64,000 nucleotides of DNA from Scyliorhinus canicula (Eukaryota), in NCBI RefSeq assembly GCF_902713615.1, contig NC_052150.1:153193155-153257154 (forward strand). The letters run 5' to 3'. Positions 1 to 12,600 of this stretch are shown here, one piece after another. Within the stretch, counting starts at the first letter, position 1. The number at the start of each line of letters is the position of its first letter. Below the pieces are notes generated by a model. That model was not told the origin of the DNA and searched no databases. It worked only from the letters and a program-made list of their open reading frames with translations. Both the position numbers and the translations under genes were made by a program.

Positions 1-1560
1 ACAGCAGGTCAGAGGCCAGGAAATATTTCTATCTTGGTTGCCAGTTTCCTTTCATTCTCCTTCTTTGCTACACTTATTTGCTTTCTTACTTACTCTGAAC
101 CATCTCCATTCAGCCTGGCTCTCAATTGTATTTTTTAAAATAAACTTAGAGTACACAATAATTTTTTCCAATTAAGGGGCAATTTAGCGTGGCCAGTCCA
201 ACTACCCTGTACATCTTTGTGCTGTGGGTGCGAAACCCGCGCACACACAGGGAGAATGTGCAAATTCCACATGGACAGTGACCCACAGCCAGGTTCGAAC
301 TGGGGATATCGGTGTTGTGAGACTGCAGTGCTAACCACTGAGCCCTCAATTATATTTTCTAGCACACATCTGTCATAAGCACACTTTTTCTTCTATATCT
401 TAATATATATCCCCTTTATCATCCAAGGGGCTCTGGTTTTGTTTACCCTACCTTTCAAATTCGAGGAAATATACCTTGACTGTGCCTGAAATACCTCTTG
501 TTTGAAGGTAGTCCATTATTCAACTGCTGTTTCTCCTGCCAACCTTTTGATTTCAATTTATTCGGCCCAGATTCTTTGTCACCCTATTGAAGTTGACTTT
601 TCCCCAGTTAATAACTCTCACTCTGATTTGTACGTCCTTTTCAATAGTCAGCCTAAACTTTATGATACAATGATCACCATCTCCTAAATGTTCTTGTACT
701 GACACTCGATCCACTTGGTCCATCTCATTCCCAAGAAGGTCTAGCAGCGCCTCCATTCCCATTGGACTGGAAACATGCCGCTGTAGAAAATTTTCCAACA
801 CACTCAAGGAACTCTTGCTCCTCTCTGTCCTTTTGGCTATTCATGACAAACTATAGTTGGATAAGTACACTCCCTCCTCCTATAAAAACTAATTTTCCTA
901 CACCATTCCAACTAGTTGGTGGCCTATAAACAATACCAAGCAATGTACTTGCACATTTTGAGTTCCTTAGCTCCAGCCAAATAGATTCCATCCATGAACT
1001 CTCTGGTTCATCCTCTTTCTCCAGCACTGCAATGCAATATTTAATCATTACCACCCTCCCTCCTTCTTTCTTAATTTCCTATCTTTCCTGAACTCCTTGC
1101 ATCCAGAAGTATTTAACATCCAGCCCTGTCTTTCTTTGAGCCACACCTATTTATGTACTAGTCCTTATCTTGGTGCTATCTAGATTTCCCGGTATTCTCT
1201 GCACCTCAGTATTCCCTCTGATATTATCTTTTGTTTTCCACATCCCTGCCAAGTTAGTTTAAACATTCCCCAATGGCACTAGCAAATGGTGCATAATGTA
1301 CTCAGTATAGACTCAATTTAAGTGCGCCCTTCTGGCCTATACAGATACCATATCCCTCAGAGTTGTCCCATTGTCCTAAGAATCTAAAGCCCTCCTTCCT
1401 GCACGGTCTTTCCAGCCATGCATTTAGCTGCTTTATCCTCCTATTTCTACACTCACTTGCATGTGGCAGTGGGAGTAGTCCAGAATGTATTACTTCTGTG
1501 ATGTCCTGCTTGCTGATTTCCGACCTAGTCCCCTTAATTTTGACTGCAATTGCACGCCCA
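1..1560 (-). mobile_element. Decayed CR1-clade LINE (ORF1 SGNH-esterase remnant and ORF2 AP-endonuclease remnant)
   Basis: Minus ORFs: 1302-1595 (SGLLPLPHAS..RNRRIKQLNAWLE..CRKEGFRFLGQWD, CR1 ORF1 esterase-like), 851-1054 (ESIWLELRN..LLGIVYRPP) and 553-807 (ALLDL..EHLGDGDHCIIKF), which are CR1 APE motifs. Frameshifted; interrupted by SINE 135-344. Confidence 0.85.
135..344 (-). mobile_element. tRNA-derived HE1/V-SINE-like element, A-tailed variant
   Basis: SINE body matches the other copies in the window; tail ...CCCCTTAATTGGAAAAAA..AAAA on minus; flanked by CTCAATT(G/A)TATTTT at 121-134 and 345-358 (14-bp TSD, 1 mismatch). Confidence 0.85.
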
Positions 1561-2283
1561 TAGATTTCTAGCTCCACAGTTGAAATGGCTACCAAAAAGA
1601 TGGAGAGCAGTGATGGGCAGAATGGCCAACTTTTTTGCTATATTTGGAACAGCATAAATTACCAGGTACATATGTTTATTTTACAAAGATGTAATGTATA
1701 AGATATACATCTGCACGCTTCATTAATAGGTTATGTAGACAATAAAATAAGATAACTTTGAAGTCAAAGAAAGTGTTCTGCAGCTTGGGCCGCAGCTTTG
1801 CTTCGCATTCCAATTCTGAAACCGCCCTTTGGTAGCTTTCGCACAAAACCTTTATGCTATACATAAACTGTGCCTCAATAAAAGTGATGCCTGAGTTGTC
1901 TCAGCCTTGCCCTCTACTAACATTCATCACAATCCAGTTTTTATTTGGGTCGCACCGCTCTAGCTCCTTGCTAATGTTATTGTGTTAAATATTGGTTTAG
2001 CAGCAAAGCTTTGGAGGGCTGAAGGGAGAACTGACACAAATGTTATGAATTTATCTATAAATCATGTCAGGCAACATAAAGTTAATGTTTAGCTTCTTTG
2101 GGCTCACTACCCCAGATTCTCTCACCAAATTAATTTGCATCTGCGTGACCACTCATCAAAATTCCAAGGTACCTCAGTTTCATTCACCAAATTGAAAACC
2201 ACTGAAGTACAATGAAGCCAGAGGCAAACTCTGTCGCCTAGGGTCACTTTGATCTGCAAAATAATATGAATCAATAGTCCTCT

Positions 2284-2651
2284 GGCGGGATTCTCCTAAC
2301 GGGCGGCTAAGTGCCAACGCCGGAGTAAAAACGGGAGTGTTTACTCCGGCGTCGGTGCCTATTCCGGCACCCCATTCTGCAGCCCACAGGAGGCTAGGAC
2401 GGCGCTGGAGCCGCCTCCACTGCCCCAGCTGCCGATCCCGGCCTGAACTCGGCGCCGCAGGGTCCGCACATGCGCAGTTGAGCCGGCGCCAACTAGCGCA
2501 TGCGCAGTGGCCTTCTTCCGCGCGGCAGTCCTGACGGCAAATGGTGCAGGACTACAGGAGCCAGCGTGGAGGAAAGGAGTCCGGGGGGGCAGAGAGGCCG
2601 GCCCGCCGATTGGTGGGCCCCGATCGCGGGCCAGGCCACTATGAAGGCCAT
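2284..2651. mobile_element. Partial GC-rich non-autonomous PIF/Harbinger-like element
   Basis: Starts GGCGGGATTCTCC like the TIR family at 26611/30505/42738; contains GCGCATGCGC motifs; right end lost at the junction with LTR-like sequence. Confidence 0.65.
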
Positions 2652-3264
2652 TATGGGGCAATGACATTTAGTCCCTGAAGAGCAGATAATTTATGGGGAG
2701 TGACGCTTAGTCCTAGCTAAGCAGGTTATGAAACTTAGTGGGATACAGATGAAGTAATTAATTGGAGGAGCCAGATCAGTCTGTAGGTTTGCAGCTTTCC
2801 ATAGGATTTAAGTCCGACAAGATAGAATGATTTTAAGTTGAACGGCAGTTTTGCCAAATGCTGCTAGGTTGAGCAGAAGTGTACTGAATCTGCCCTTGAA
2901 AGGAACTCTCTCCAAATTTCGACACAGCTAAGCAAGTAATCTGTTTGTTAACTTTATAAGTGGCATTTGAACCATATTGGGGTTCTTAATTGGAATTAGT
3001 CACAGGTGTAGATAGAAAGTTGAAGATTTGCCTCGTGATTAAGGACTGTTCAACTGATAAATGAAGAGCTATTTTCTTTGATATTAATGTGGTTAATTCC
3101 GTGTTTAAATTAAAATTTATTTTAACACAAAAGACGCCTATTATTTAGAATCATCACTCCAGGGGTGAAGAATTCTTCCCTCAGTTTTACAAATTTAAAA
3201 AAATAGTTTGAGGTTCTTGGCTGGTATCTTAACAAATGTTCGGGTTTAGTCCAGTATCCTAACA
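2652..3264 (+). mobile_element. LTR-like repeat (3' portion), related to 13131-13665
   Basis: Shares blocks with 13131-13665 (GATAATTTATG, TTTGCAG..TATAGGATTT..AGTC.GACAA, TGTTAACTTTAT, TTCTTAAT.GGAAT); ends ..TATCCTAACA. Confidence 0.55.
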
Positions 3265-3885
3265 CAGTTGAGCAAAAAGGATTTGTAGTGAATTGGGCAG
3301 CATGTTGCACATTATGCCTGATTTTCTTAACTTCTGCAGAAACAAAATAGCATGCAAACAAAAAACTACTTTTAACTGATTTATAAAATGCTTAGCTTTT
3401 TTATTAAACTTTAAGTGCAATTTATCTTAATTATATAAGCTAGCTCGTGATAATATTATCCCTAAGTATTATCAATAGATCACGGCTAATAGTGCTTTAT
3501 TTTACTTGCAAAACTTGATTCAGGCAGAATTTTGCCATTTATAAACCCATTAATGATATCACTGTAACCTTTGTATAATATAACTTGCTGTTGACTATCT
3601 ATTTCATTGAAGCTAAAAATGATTTCTATGACATTTGAAATTCTTTTGAAAAATTTGAATATAAAATGTAAATATTGGAATTGGCTTTCTTGATTTTTTA
3701 ATCTCTTATGCAGTTGTTAAGTGTCAGGTCTGACATTGATCTTTGCGAGCGTAAAATTAATTTAACTCGAGTAATAATACTCCTACTCACGCTTATCAGT
3801 TAAACATTTCTGAATTTTTTTGACTAATTTGTTTCAATAAACTGGACAGAAAACATCTATCTTTTAAGAAAGTCTTGCTCCCATT

Positions 3886-4230
3886 CATAGAATCATAGAA
3901 TTTACAGAGCTGAAGGAGGCCATTCAGCCCATCAAGTCTGCACCACCCTTTGGAAAGAGCACCCTACCCAAGACCACACTTCCACCCTATCCCCATAACC
4001 CAGTAACCCCACTTAACCTTTTTGGACACCAAGGGAAATTTGGCATGGCGAACCCATCTAACCCGCACATCTTTGGGCTGTGGGAGGAAACCAGAGCACC
4101 CGGAGGAAACCCACGCACACACGGGGAGAACGTGCAGACTCCGCACAGACAGTGACTCAAGCCGGGAATCGAACCTGGGACCCTGGAGCTGTAAAGCAAC
4201 TGTGTTAACCACTATGCCACCGTGCTGCCC
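3886..4230 (-). mobile_element. Full-length HE1/V-SINE-like element with CR1-derived tail
   Basis: Minus strand begins GGGCAGCACGGTGGC..; B box GGTTCGATTCC; core GGGTTTCCTCCGGGTGCTC; tail GGGCTGAATGGCCTCCTTC..(ATTCTATG)n. Confidence 0.9.
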
Positions 4231-4626
4231 ATTGTTCTTCTGCTTCTCTGATGGACCTGAAAGAACCTGCAGCACTGTTTGAAAAGCAGGATAATTCATT
4301 ATCAGTGTCCTGGCTAACATCCACCCTTCAATTAATGTTAAGAAAGCTAATCCTGTCATTTATTCCATGGATGTTTGATGGAGCTTGCAGTGTGCAAGAT
4401 GGCTGCATCATTCATGCACAAAGGCGGCCATATTTCCAAATTACTTGAGTGGCTGTAAAGTGTTTTGGAACCTCCCGAATTCACTATAAGTGCTATATAA
4501 ATGCAAACCTTTTTTCTTCTCTTGATTAAGTAAACATGATTAAAAAGTAAGTATAATGTGCTAATCCCCATTGGATATAGTATAGACACATTTTCTCTCG
4601 AACCAAAGTCTAGCATCTAAAAAATG

Positions 4627-4915
4627 GAATCATAGAATTCCTACCGTGTAGAAGGAGGCTATTCAGCCCATTGAGTCCGCACCAAACCTCTGAAAGAGCA
4701 TCCTACCTAGACCCCCACCCCCACCCTATCCACGTAACCCAGTAACCCCATGTAACCATTTGGACACAAAGGGACAATTTTAGCATGGCTAATCCACCTA
4801 ACCTGCATATCTTTATACTGTGGGAGGAAACCGGAACACCCGGAGGAATCCTACGCAGACACGAGAAGAAAGTGCAAACTCTGCGCAGACAGTCCAACCA
4901 AGGCTGGAATTCACT
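4627..4915 (-). mobile_element. HE1/V-SINE-like element, 5' degenerate
   Basis: Same core and CR1-type tail as 3886-4230. Confidence 0.85.
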
Positions 4916-5499
4916 TTGCATTCCAATGGTGTGAGGGGAGCTGGCAGCATAACTCCGTGCTGCTGCACGAATGTCATGGTTTCACAATGTAGAATACCTT
5001 TATGGTAATAGCAAAATCTACTCAAATAATCAGCTTGATGTCTTCAGACAGTACTTACCGTTAAGACAAGTAAAAGTGTCTTAATGACTTCAAGCCCTTC
5101 CTATAACCATTGTTGCTTCAATTAAGTGTTCCTCAAGGTGAAGGATAAAACTGATAAAAAACAGGACAATTTTGTTTTGCACTCTGTCAGATTGAAAACC
5201 CTCTCCAACAATACACTTCTACCAGAATAGCACCATTTATTGTGCTAGTGCAACATTTCTATTTCCTAGATCAGCCACATCATTGACAGTAATATGATGT
5301 ACACTGTGGCTACTGTCTTCAGACAACACAAAACTCTTTACTTTCCAAGAACAAAGAAAAACAACATTCTATCTATTTGTAGTGATTTTAATTCCGTTTC
5401 TCAAGGTAAAAAGTGTTTCTAATTGATCCAACTTAACAAAGAGGGCTGGAATTTACTCAGCAGTGGATTTATCACCAGTATTGCTTTAAATTATCAATA

Positions 5500-5623
5500 A
5501 GTGGATCAGGGGTTATGGGGGAAGGCAGGTGAATGGGGATGAGAAAATTATCAGCCATGACTGAATGGTGGAGCAGACTTGATGGGCTGAGTGGCCTAAT
5601 TCTGCTCCTACGTCCTATGTTCT
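5500..5623 (+). mobile_element. CR1 3' end fragment
   Basis: GATCAGGGGTTATGGG..GAATGGTGGAGCAGACTTGATGGGCTGAGTGGCCTAATTCTGCTCCTA..TATGTTCT is a typical CR1 3' UTR and tail. Confidence 0.75.
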
Positions 5624-5636
5624 AAAAATGCAATCT

Positions 5637-5673
5637 GCTTTGACAAAGAGTCATCCAGTCTCGAAACGTTAGC
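5637..5673 (+). ncRNA. Minimal type I hammerhead ribozyme-like motif (U3-A8 core variant) in a Penelope-like repeat fragment (about 5637-5735)
   Basis: GCT-TTGACAA-A-GAGTC-ATCCA-GTCTC-GAAAC-GTT-AGC: stem I GCU/AGC, core UUGACAA, stem II 4/5 paired, GAAA, palindromic AACGUU stem III. Followed by CTCTCC..GATGCTG..AGACCTGCTGAG, resembling PLE-type repeat ends. Confidence 0.6.
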
Positions 5674-5844
5674 TCCCTTCTCTCTCCATCGATGCTGTCA
5701 GACCTGCTGAGATTGCCCAGTTTTCTGTTTTTGTTGCATTAAAATGTTTTCAATCCTCTGCTATAATGCCACTCACAGCCCAATTTTTCTTACTTCGATA
5801 CATGTGTCATGCCAGTTCACAGCTTGATGTGATTTTTTAAAAAT

Positions 5845-7465
5845 TCATTTTTACGCGATGTGGGCTTTGCTTGCTAGGCCAGCATTTGTTCCCCATCCCT
5901 AGTTGCTGTTGGGAAGGTGGTTGTGAACTGCCTTCCTGAACCACTGAAGTTTATGTGGTGTAGGTGCACCCACAGTGCTGTTAGGCAGAAGATTTCTGGA
6001 TTTTGACCCAGCGAAAGTGAATGAACGGTGATATATTTTCAAGTCAGGGTGGTGAGTGTTCTAGAACATAGAACAGTACAGCACAGAACAGGCCCTTCGG
6101 CCCTCGATGTTGTGCCGAGCAAATGATCACCCTACTCAAACCCACGTATCCACCCTATACCCGTAACCCAACAACCCCTCCCCCCAACCTTACTTTTTAG
6201 GACACTATGGGCAATTTAGCATGGTCAATCCACCTAACCCGCACATCTTTGGACTGTGGGAGGAAACCGGAGCACCCGGAGGAAACCCACGCACACACGG
6301 GGAGGACGTGCAGACTCCGCACAGACAGTGACCCAGCCGGGAACCGAACCTGGGACCCTGGAGCTGTGACGCATTTATGCTAACCACCATGCTACCGTGC
6401 TGCCCACGGAGGGGAATTGCCAGGTGCTGGTGTTCCTATGTATCTGCTGCCCTTATCCTTCTAGATGATAGTGGTCCTGGGTTTGGAAGGTGCTGTCTAA
6501 GGAGCCTCGATGAGTTCCTGCAGTACATCTTGTAGATGTACACACTGCTGCTACTGTGCGTCAGTGGTGGAGGGAGTGAATGTTTGTGGAAGAGGTACCA
6601 ATCAAGTGGGCTGCTTTGTCCTGGATGGTGTTGAGCTTGTTAGAGCTGTACTCATCCAGGCAAGTGGAGAGTATTCTATCACACTCCTGACATGTGCCTT
6701 GTAGCTGGTGGACAGGCTTTGGGGTCCAGGAGGTGAGTTACTTGCTGCAGGACTCCTCGCCTCTGCCTTGCTCTTGTAAGCATTTACATGGATCGTCGCA
6801 TTCAGTTTCTGATCAATGGTAACCTCCAGGTGTTGATAGTGGGCAGTGATGGTATTGCCATTGAATGTCAAGGGGCAATGGACTGACTTTCTCTTATTGG
6901 AGATGGTCATTACATGGCACTTGTGTGGCGCAAATGTTACTTGCCACTTGTCAGTCCAAGCCTGTATATTGTCCATGTCTTCATGCGTGTGTACATGGAA
7001 TGCTTCAGTGTCTGAGGAGTCATGAATGGTGCTGAACATTGTGAAATCGTCAGCAAACATCCCCACATCAAAAGGCCTAGGATACTATCCTGAGGAACTC
7101 CTGCAGTGATGTCCTGGAGCTGAAATGACTGACCTCCAAACACCACAACCACCTTCCTTTGTGCTAGGTAAGACTCCAACCAATGGAGGGTTTTCCCCGA
7201 TTCCCATTGACTCCAGTTTTACTAGGGCTCCTTGATGCCATGCTCAATCAAATGTGGCCTTGATGTTAAGGGAAGTCACTCTTACCTCACCTCTGGAGTT
7301 CAACTCTTTTGCCCATGTTTGAACCAAGGCTGTAATGCGGTCAGGAGCTGAGTGACCCTGGCGGAACCCAAACTGAGCATCAGTGAGCAGGTTATTGCAA
7401 ACTAAGTGCTGCTTGATAGCACTACTGTTGATGACTCCTTCCATCACCTTGCTGATGATTGAAGG
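5845..7465 (-). mobile_element. CR1-clade LINE, RT region and 3' end, decayed
   Basis: ORFs 7244-7507 (LLTDAQFGFRQGHSAPD..ATFD), 6937-7179 (GVPQDSILG) and 6602-7066 (MFADD..QAWTDKWQVTFAPHKC..VRSVIEYSP); interrupted by SINE 6061-6405. Confidence 0.88.
6061..6405 (-). mobile_element. Young HE1/V-SINE-like element with (TCTATGT)n CR1-type tail
   Basis: Highly similar to 50548-50840; intact A/B boxes; inserted in a CR1. Confidence 0.9.
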
Positions 7466-7959
7466 TCCTTGTCCCTGTGTGTCCAGAAAATCATCCCACT
7501 CAGGCAAGAGCTAATCGCCACCTGCTAATGGGCAGAATACGGTCTTTTGGCCAATTCATCGACAACCAGCCAACCAATCAAACTGAGTCCCACCATTTCT
7601 CAGGTGCTATAAAGTCCTGATCTGCTATTTGAAAACCAGTATTAAATACCATGTTGCAACTTCTTGAATTCCTCATTCTTGCTGCTGCTTGACTTAAACA
7701 TACTCGTCCTTAAGCATCCATAGCCCAAAAATGATAACAATAAAAATAAAGAAAGGGGAAATAAGGGAATCAACAGGAAGGACCCTTACAATATCATGTG
7801 GGGTGAATCAATTTGGCAAGGCTGGCATCTGTGATGCTGGGGACCTCTCGAGGAGACCGAGATGGATCATCCTTTAGCCACTTCTGGCTAAAGATTATTG
7901 CAAATAACATCCAGGCCTGGACCAACAAATAAAGATAATGCCTGTTGGCGACCAGCTTG

Positions 7960-8295
7960 ATTAAGTTCCCTATAACCCCCCCTTCAAAGCCATAACCATC
8001 AGCAAGTCACCCTACAAAAAAATATTGCGAGTGGGGGTTGGTTAGCATTAACCACAAACTTAACTCGCACCATGGCTACAAGAGCAGGGCAGCAGTTGTG
8101 ATAAGGAGGGATTACCTCATGACTCCTCTCCATATCACGAGGTCAAAATCCTGGTAGTCTCTCCCTAACAGTGCTGTTTGTGTAGCTACACCCAGTGGAC
8201 TTCAGCAGTTCAAGGCGGCTGCTCACTATTACTTTCTCAAGTCTGAGAAATGATGGCCCGGCCAGTGATGCTCACACCCCACAAATTAATAAAAA
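7960..8295 (+). mobile_element. Old CR1 3' fragment (same family as 5845-7465)
   Basis: CTCCCTAACAG..CAGCAGTTCAAGGCGGCTGCTCAC..GGCCAGTGATGCTCACA matches the reverse complement of the 3' end at 5850-5990. Confidence 0.6.
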
Positions 8296-8379
8296 TTGTA
8301 TTTCTTCAATTGTGAGGCTTAAGCCAGGAGCTGGAATTCTCACCAAATTCAGCAAAAATCCATTCCATTAATTCAAAAA

Positions 8380-9629
8380 AATCTCTGTGAGAAAGATCCA
8401 TCCAGGACTCAAAGAAAGTTACAGATAGTATCAGATTAAAAGAAGAGGTTTAGAATGTTGCATAGGATAGTGGGGACAATAAGGATTGGGAGAGATTTGG
8501 GAACCAGCAATTGAGGACCAAAAGATTGCTAAAAAGGAAAAAAAGTGCCATTAAAATAAACTAGCCAGCAATATTAAAAGAATTGTCAGACTTTTTATAA
8601 ATATATAAAAAGCAGACAACCAGGTAAAGTAAATGTTGTCCACTAGAGGCACAGATTGGAGAAATTATCATGAGAAATGAGCAGAAAGCAAGCAGACAGC
8701 ACTACTGAGCAAACTTAATGGGTGCAATCTTCCCCAAAGGGAACAAAGTCCCAAAGCGAGTGTGTTTAGCCGTGTGTTTCCCAGCACCCGCAGTGTGGAG
8801 AGACAGGTGACTATTCAATGCGACTTGCTTTGAATAAGGGACCTGAATAGGGAACGCGTGGTCGAGGCCGCATATAGCCCCATTTTCTACAATGGGGAGC
8901 TCTGCTCGCCAGAACTCCCCGTTGTAGAGAGAGATCGGGACGCCGTTTTTAAATAGCGTCCCGATCTCAGAGGCCCACAAAAGAATCCCCAACTCCCCCC
9001 CCCCCCCCCCCCCCCCCCCAGTCTGAATGCAATATGGGAGGGTCCCAGCTGGGGGCCTCCGTTCTCCTTGGAGACCCCCATGAGTATTGTTCTGTCTGGA
9101 CCTCGTTTGTGGGGACCAGTACCAAATGGCACTCGCCCGAGGTCCCTGAGGCGAAGTGATTGAATCCCAAAGCATCAGGTACCTCAGGAATCTGCACATT
9201 AGAGTAAGGTGTACTGCCTCGCTTTAATATGAAGATTTGTTAAAAGGTGATCCCGCCCATTGTGGGCAGGATTCACCTTGCAACATCACGTGAGATTGCA
9301 TTGAAATTCGTGAGGCATTGCAAGCCAGGTAGATCCCGGGAGCGGGGTCTCCAGGCTTTCAGCGGCCATGCTGCGCCGTACAAGCTGCTTTTCTGGTGCA
9401 GCATGGCTGGAGGATCGTGCTTGTTGTTCTTATTCTCTCATCTTCACCAGAGAAGACATAAATTACAAAGCAGGATAGAGGGTAACTAAGGGACGAACTA
9501 ATATGATTGAAGAACGTAAAGTCATTAACATGAGCACAAAGTAGAGAACCTTCAGGGACTAAAACCCAACAAATTTCCATGATATGATGGCCTACAATGT
9601 AGGCCTCTGAAAGAGGTAGCTGCAGAAAT
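8380..9629 (+). mobile_element. Decayed CR1 ORF2 fragment (EN-RT linker)
   Basis: Remnants such as KLASNIKRNC..FYKYIK and ..DGL..LKEVAAEI; split by MITE 8720-9422 and truncated by a Gypsy LTR at 9630. Confidence 0.7.
8720..9422. mobile_element. Non-autonomous TIR element (Harbinger-like), family of 62617-63302
   Basis: Left end GGGTGCAATCTTCC..GGGAACAAAGTCCC..GTTTAGCCG is shared with 62617 and 63558; right end GGAGGATCGTGC. Confidence 0.65.
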
Positions 9630-12600
9630 TGTTCTATGTGGTGGGTAAAATGAACTCTGTCAAAGCTTTGTTTTACCCAAGATATCCTCCACAGTCATGT
9701 CGCTATGGCAAGCCACAGTATATACGAGGTAACAGTGCACAAAAGTACTTCTTCAAACATCCTCCTTTTCAGAAAAAGAAAACCTCCCACATTGCATGCA
9801 CTATTATTTGTAGCTGCAAGTTACCCACATACGCAGTCTATAAAGAAAGTCAACAAGCGCAAACAGAAAACTGTTCATTCTAGTCTCCCTCCACACATGT
9901 ATGTCCAGGTCTAATGGAACGCATGTGGGTTGTTGTTGGGTGGTTCATCTGGTGTCTGCTTTTCCTGAGGTAATGTTGCTTCTCTGAGGAATGTTGTTGC
10001 CAAGGTGAGTGTTGCTGCTGATCGGTTGTATTTGCTGGGCAGCAATTGCCATTTGTTATTCAGTAATCAGCTTCTCCAGTTGCACGTGTGGCTACAGTTG
10101 AGATGACATGTCGAGTTGTTCACTTTCCCTGTGTCCGAGTGAGGTGACAACTGCTTTACACAAGTTCCAAGTTGCCAAGTGGACTGATTTTGTTGATTGC
10201 ATTGAATGCTCTCAACTCTGGCAATAATTTGGCCACATTATCAAAGTGAAATTTGGCTTTCTGATGTTTCACTTTGATTTCATCACTCACTCCTGTTCCT
10301 GCTTCAGCGGTTTTCTAGCTATTGGAAGAGTGCTTTGGGTGTGGCATGACGTTTGTCGACTAATTGGACTAATTTGAATGCCTTCAGTAGGTGTGTTTCT
10401 TCACTCTAAGATCACCTTGTGCACATCTGTGCTGGATCTACTTGATTTTTTGATAATCTCTTTGGCAGTTTTCATTGCTGTCTTGGGCTTTCCAATTGAC
10501 TAATGGTAGAGTGGAAATGATGTGTAGTGATAAAATTCCCAATCTGTGCACAGTATTCTGATGGGGTCTGATCAATGCCCTGTACAGTTGCAGTAAAATC
10601 TCCCTATTTTTGGATTCCATTCCTCTTGCAATAAACATCAAAATTCCATTTGCACTTGTTGTGCCTGGATGCTAGCTTTTCACGATACCAAAAACACTAA
10701 TAAATTAGTTAAACATGATTTTCCTTTGGCAAAACTACGGTGACTTGGCCTGATCCCATTATGATTTTCTCAGTATCCTGCTTTAGCTTTGTTAATTAAT
10801 GGTGCCAGCAATTTGCCAATGACAGATAATAATAAAAGCAAAATACTGCGATGTTTTAGACTTGATCGATGTAGGTTAGTCTAACTGGCCTGTAGTTTAC
10901 TGCCATTTGTCATTTTACTGTCCCACAGTTAAATGTTGATGTAAGCTTGTCTAACTCCCAGTAGTCTAAATAATCATTTGCGGTAATGAGATAGTCAGTT
11001 GCAAAATAAGTGAAGGAGTCCACACCAAGCTTGTCTATCTGGGATGTAAAGCGTGTCTCCTTAACTTGCTTAGCTTCATGTTTAGTACATTTCATGTTTG
11101 GTACAAGCACTGCACCAGTTGATCTGGTCCTTAATCTAATTGCTCATGTTTAGCCAATAGAGCATTTCTCTTCCCTTGCCCAGACTCGACTCAATTCCTT
11201 GATGGCTTGCTTGGATGTACTTCAACATCTTTTTCCCATCTCCTGAGAAATGCTGAATCTAGTTCCTTTGTACAAGATATCATCTTAGACAATCACTTTA
11301 ACTCTATGTGCCTAATACTTTCCTATAGCAACAGGTGTGTCCTTGGTGATATCCCCTTCATCACTAGTTCCGGCAACACTTGGGAGAGTTGTATCGTGTT
11401 GTGCAGTTTGCTTGATCTGAGCAAGATGCTTACCTGTTAGATTCAATGTCTCTGCTGGGTTGATGACTTCCAGAGCATGTTGTGCCATTGCTTCTTATTG
11501 AATCTGAAAGATTTCATGCTCATCAACTTTGTTCAAAGAGGTTTAGCTCTCAACAGCTGGCCAGCAATGTACCTCTGCTTCCCTTGCTTATATTTCACTT
11601 CCAAATGGTATTTCTGTAAATAAAGTAACATCCTTTGTAGATGCTTTGGAGCAGATAGAAGTGGTTTGAGAAAGATGCTTTGAAGTGGCTTGTGGTCAGA
11701 CTCTGCCATTACTTCCAAACAGATACTGATTAAAATGTTCACAAGCAAAGACAATAATAGCCAGTCACTCTTATTCAATCTGTGCGAAGCGTCTTTCAGT
11801 TTGTGCTAACATTTTGAATGCAGGCGCAACTGATTGTCCTTGATTCATGATATTTGCTCCAAGTCCTCTTTCCCTGACATCACGTTGCCCGGTGACTTTG
11901 TTATTAACATCGTACCCCAGTACTGGTATCCATCACTAATTGTTTGATGTGAGTGAAAGCTGCTTCTTGTTCTGTGCCGTAATATCACTGAACATCTTTT
12001 TCAGTCAGACAAATTGGGCAAGAACTTTGCAAGGTTGTTCACAAATCATTGCACCACCTTCACATATGTTGGTTGCTGCATCTCTACTACAGCTCGCATC
12101 TTATCAGGATCAGGGTGAAGTCCTTTTGCAGTCAGTACATGACCTATGTACTTGACTTCAGTCATCTTCAATATAGTTTTTCGTTGTTCAGCTTCATATT
12201 CATTTGGCAAGCTCTCTGGTCTTTTCACTAGATTCTGATCATGGTCTGCAATGGCTTCCTCCATCATATCTCCACATCAATAGATTAACAAATCATTCAC
12301 AATCGTCTCCACTCCAGAAAGATCATTGGATGCCTCATGCTGCTTGCATTGGTACTCTTCCAGAGCAGCAGAAATGCAAATGGCATCTACAACGTAGTCA
12401 GGAAACTACTGCTTTCATTCAACTTAATTTGCCAGTATTCATCCTTTGGATCTAAGGTAGTAAAGACCTTTGCTGTGGAAAGTTAGGCAATCCTCAATTG
12501 TTGTCAGTGTTGTGAGATCTCTTCAAAGTTTTATTGAGGTCCATTGGATTTATGCACTCTCCGCTTTAGAGGTTTTTCAATGCTACCATTCTGCTCATCC

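Noticed and set aside
3964-4359. Recurrent short ORFs such as HCLCGVCTFSPCVRGFPPG
   Set aside because: They are translations of the SINE core repeated throughout the window.
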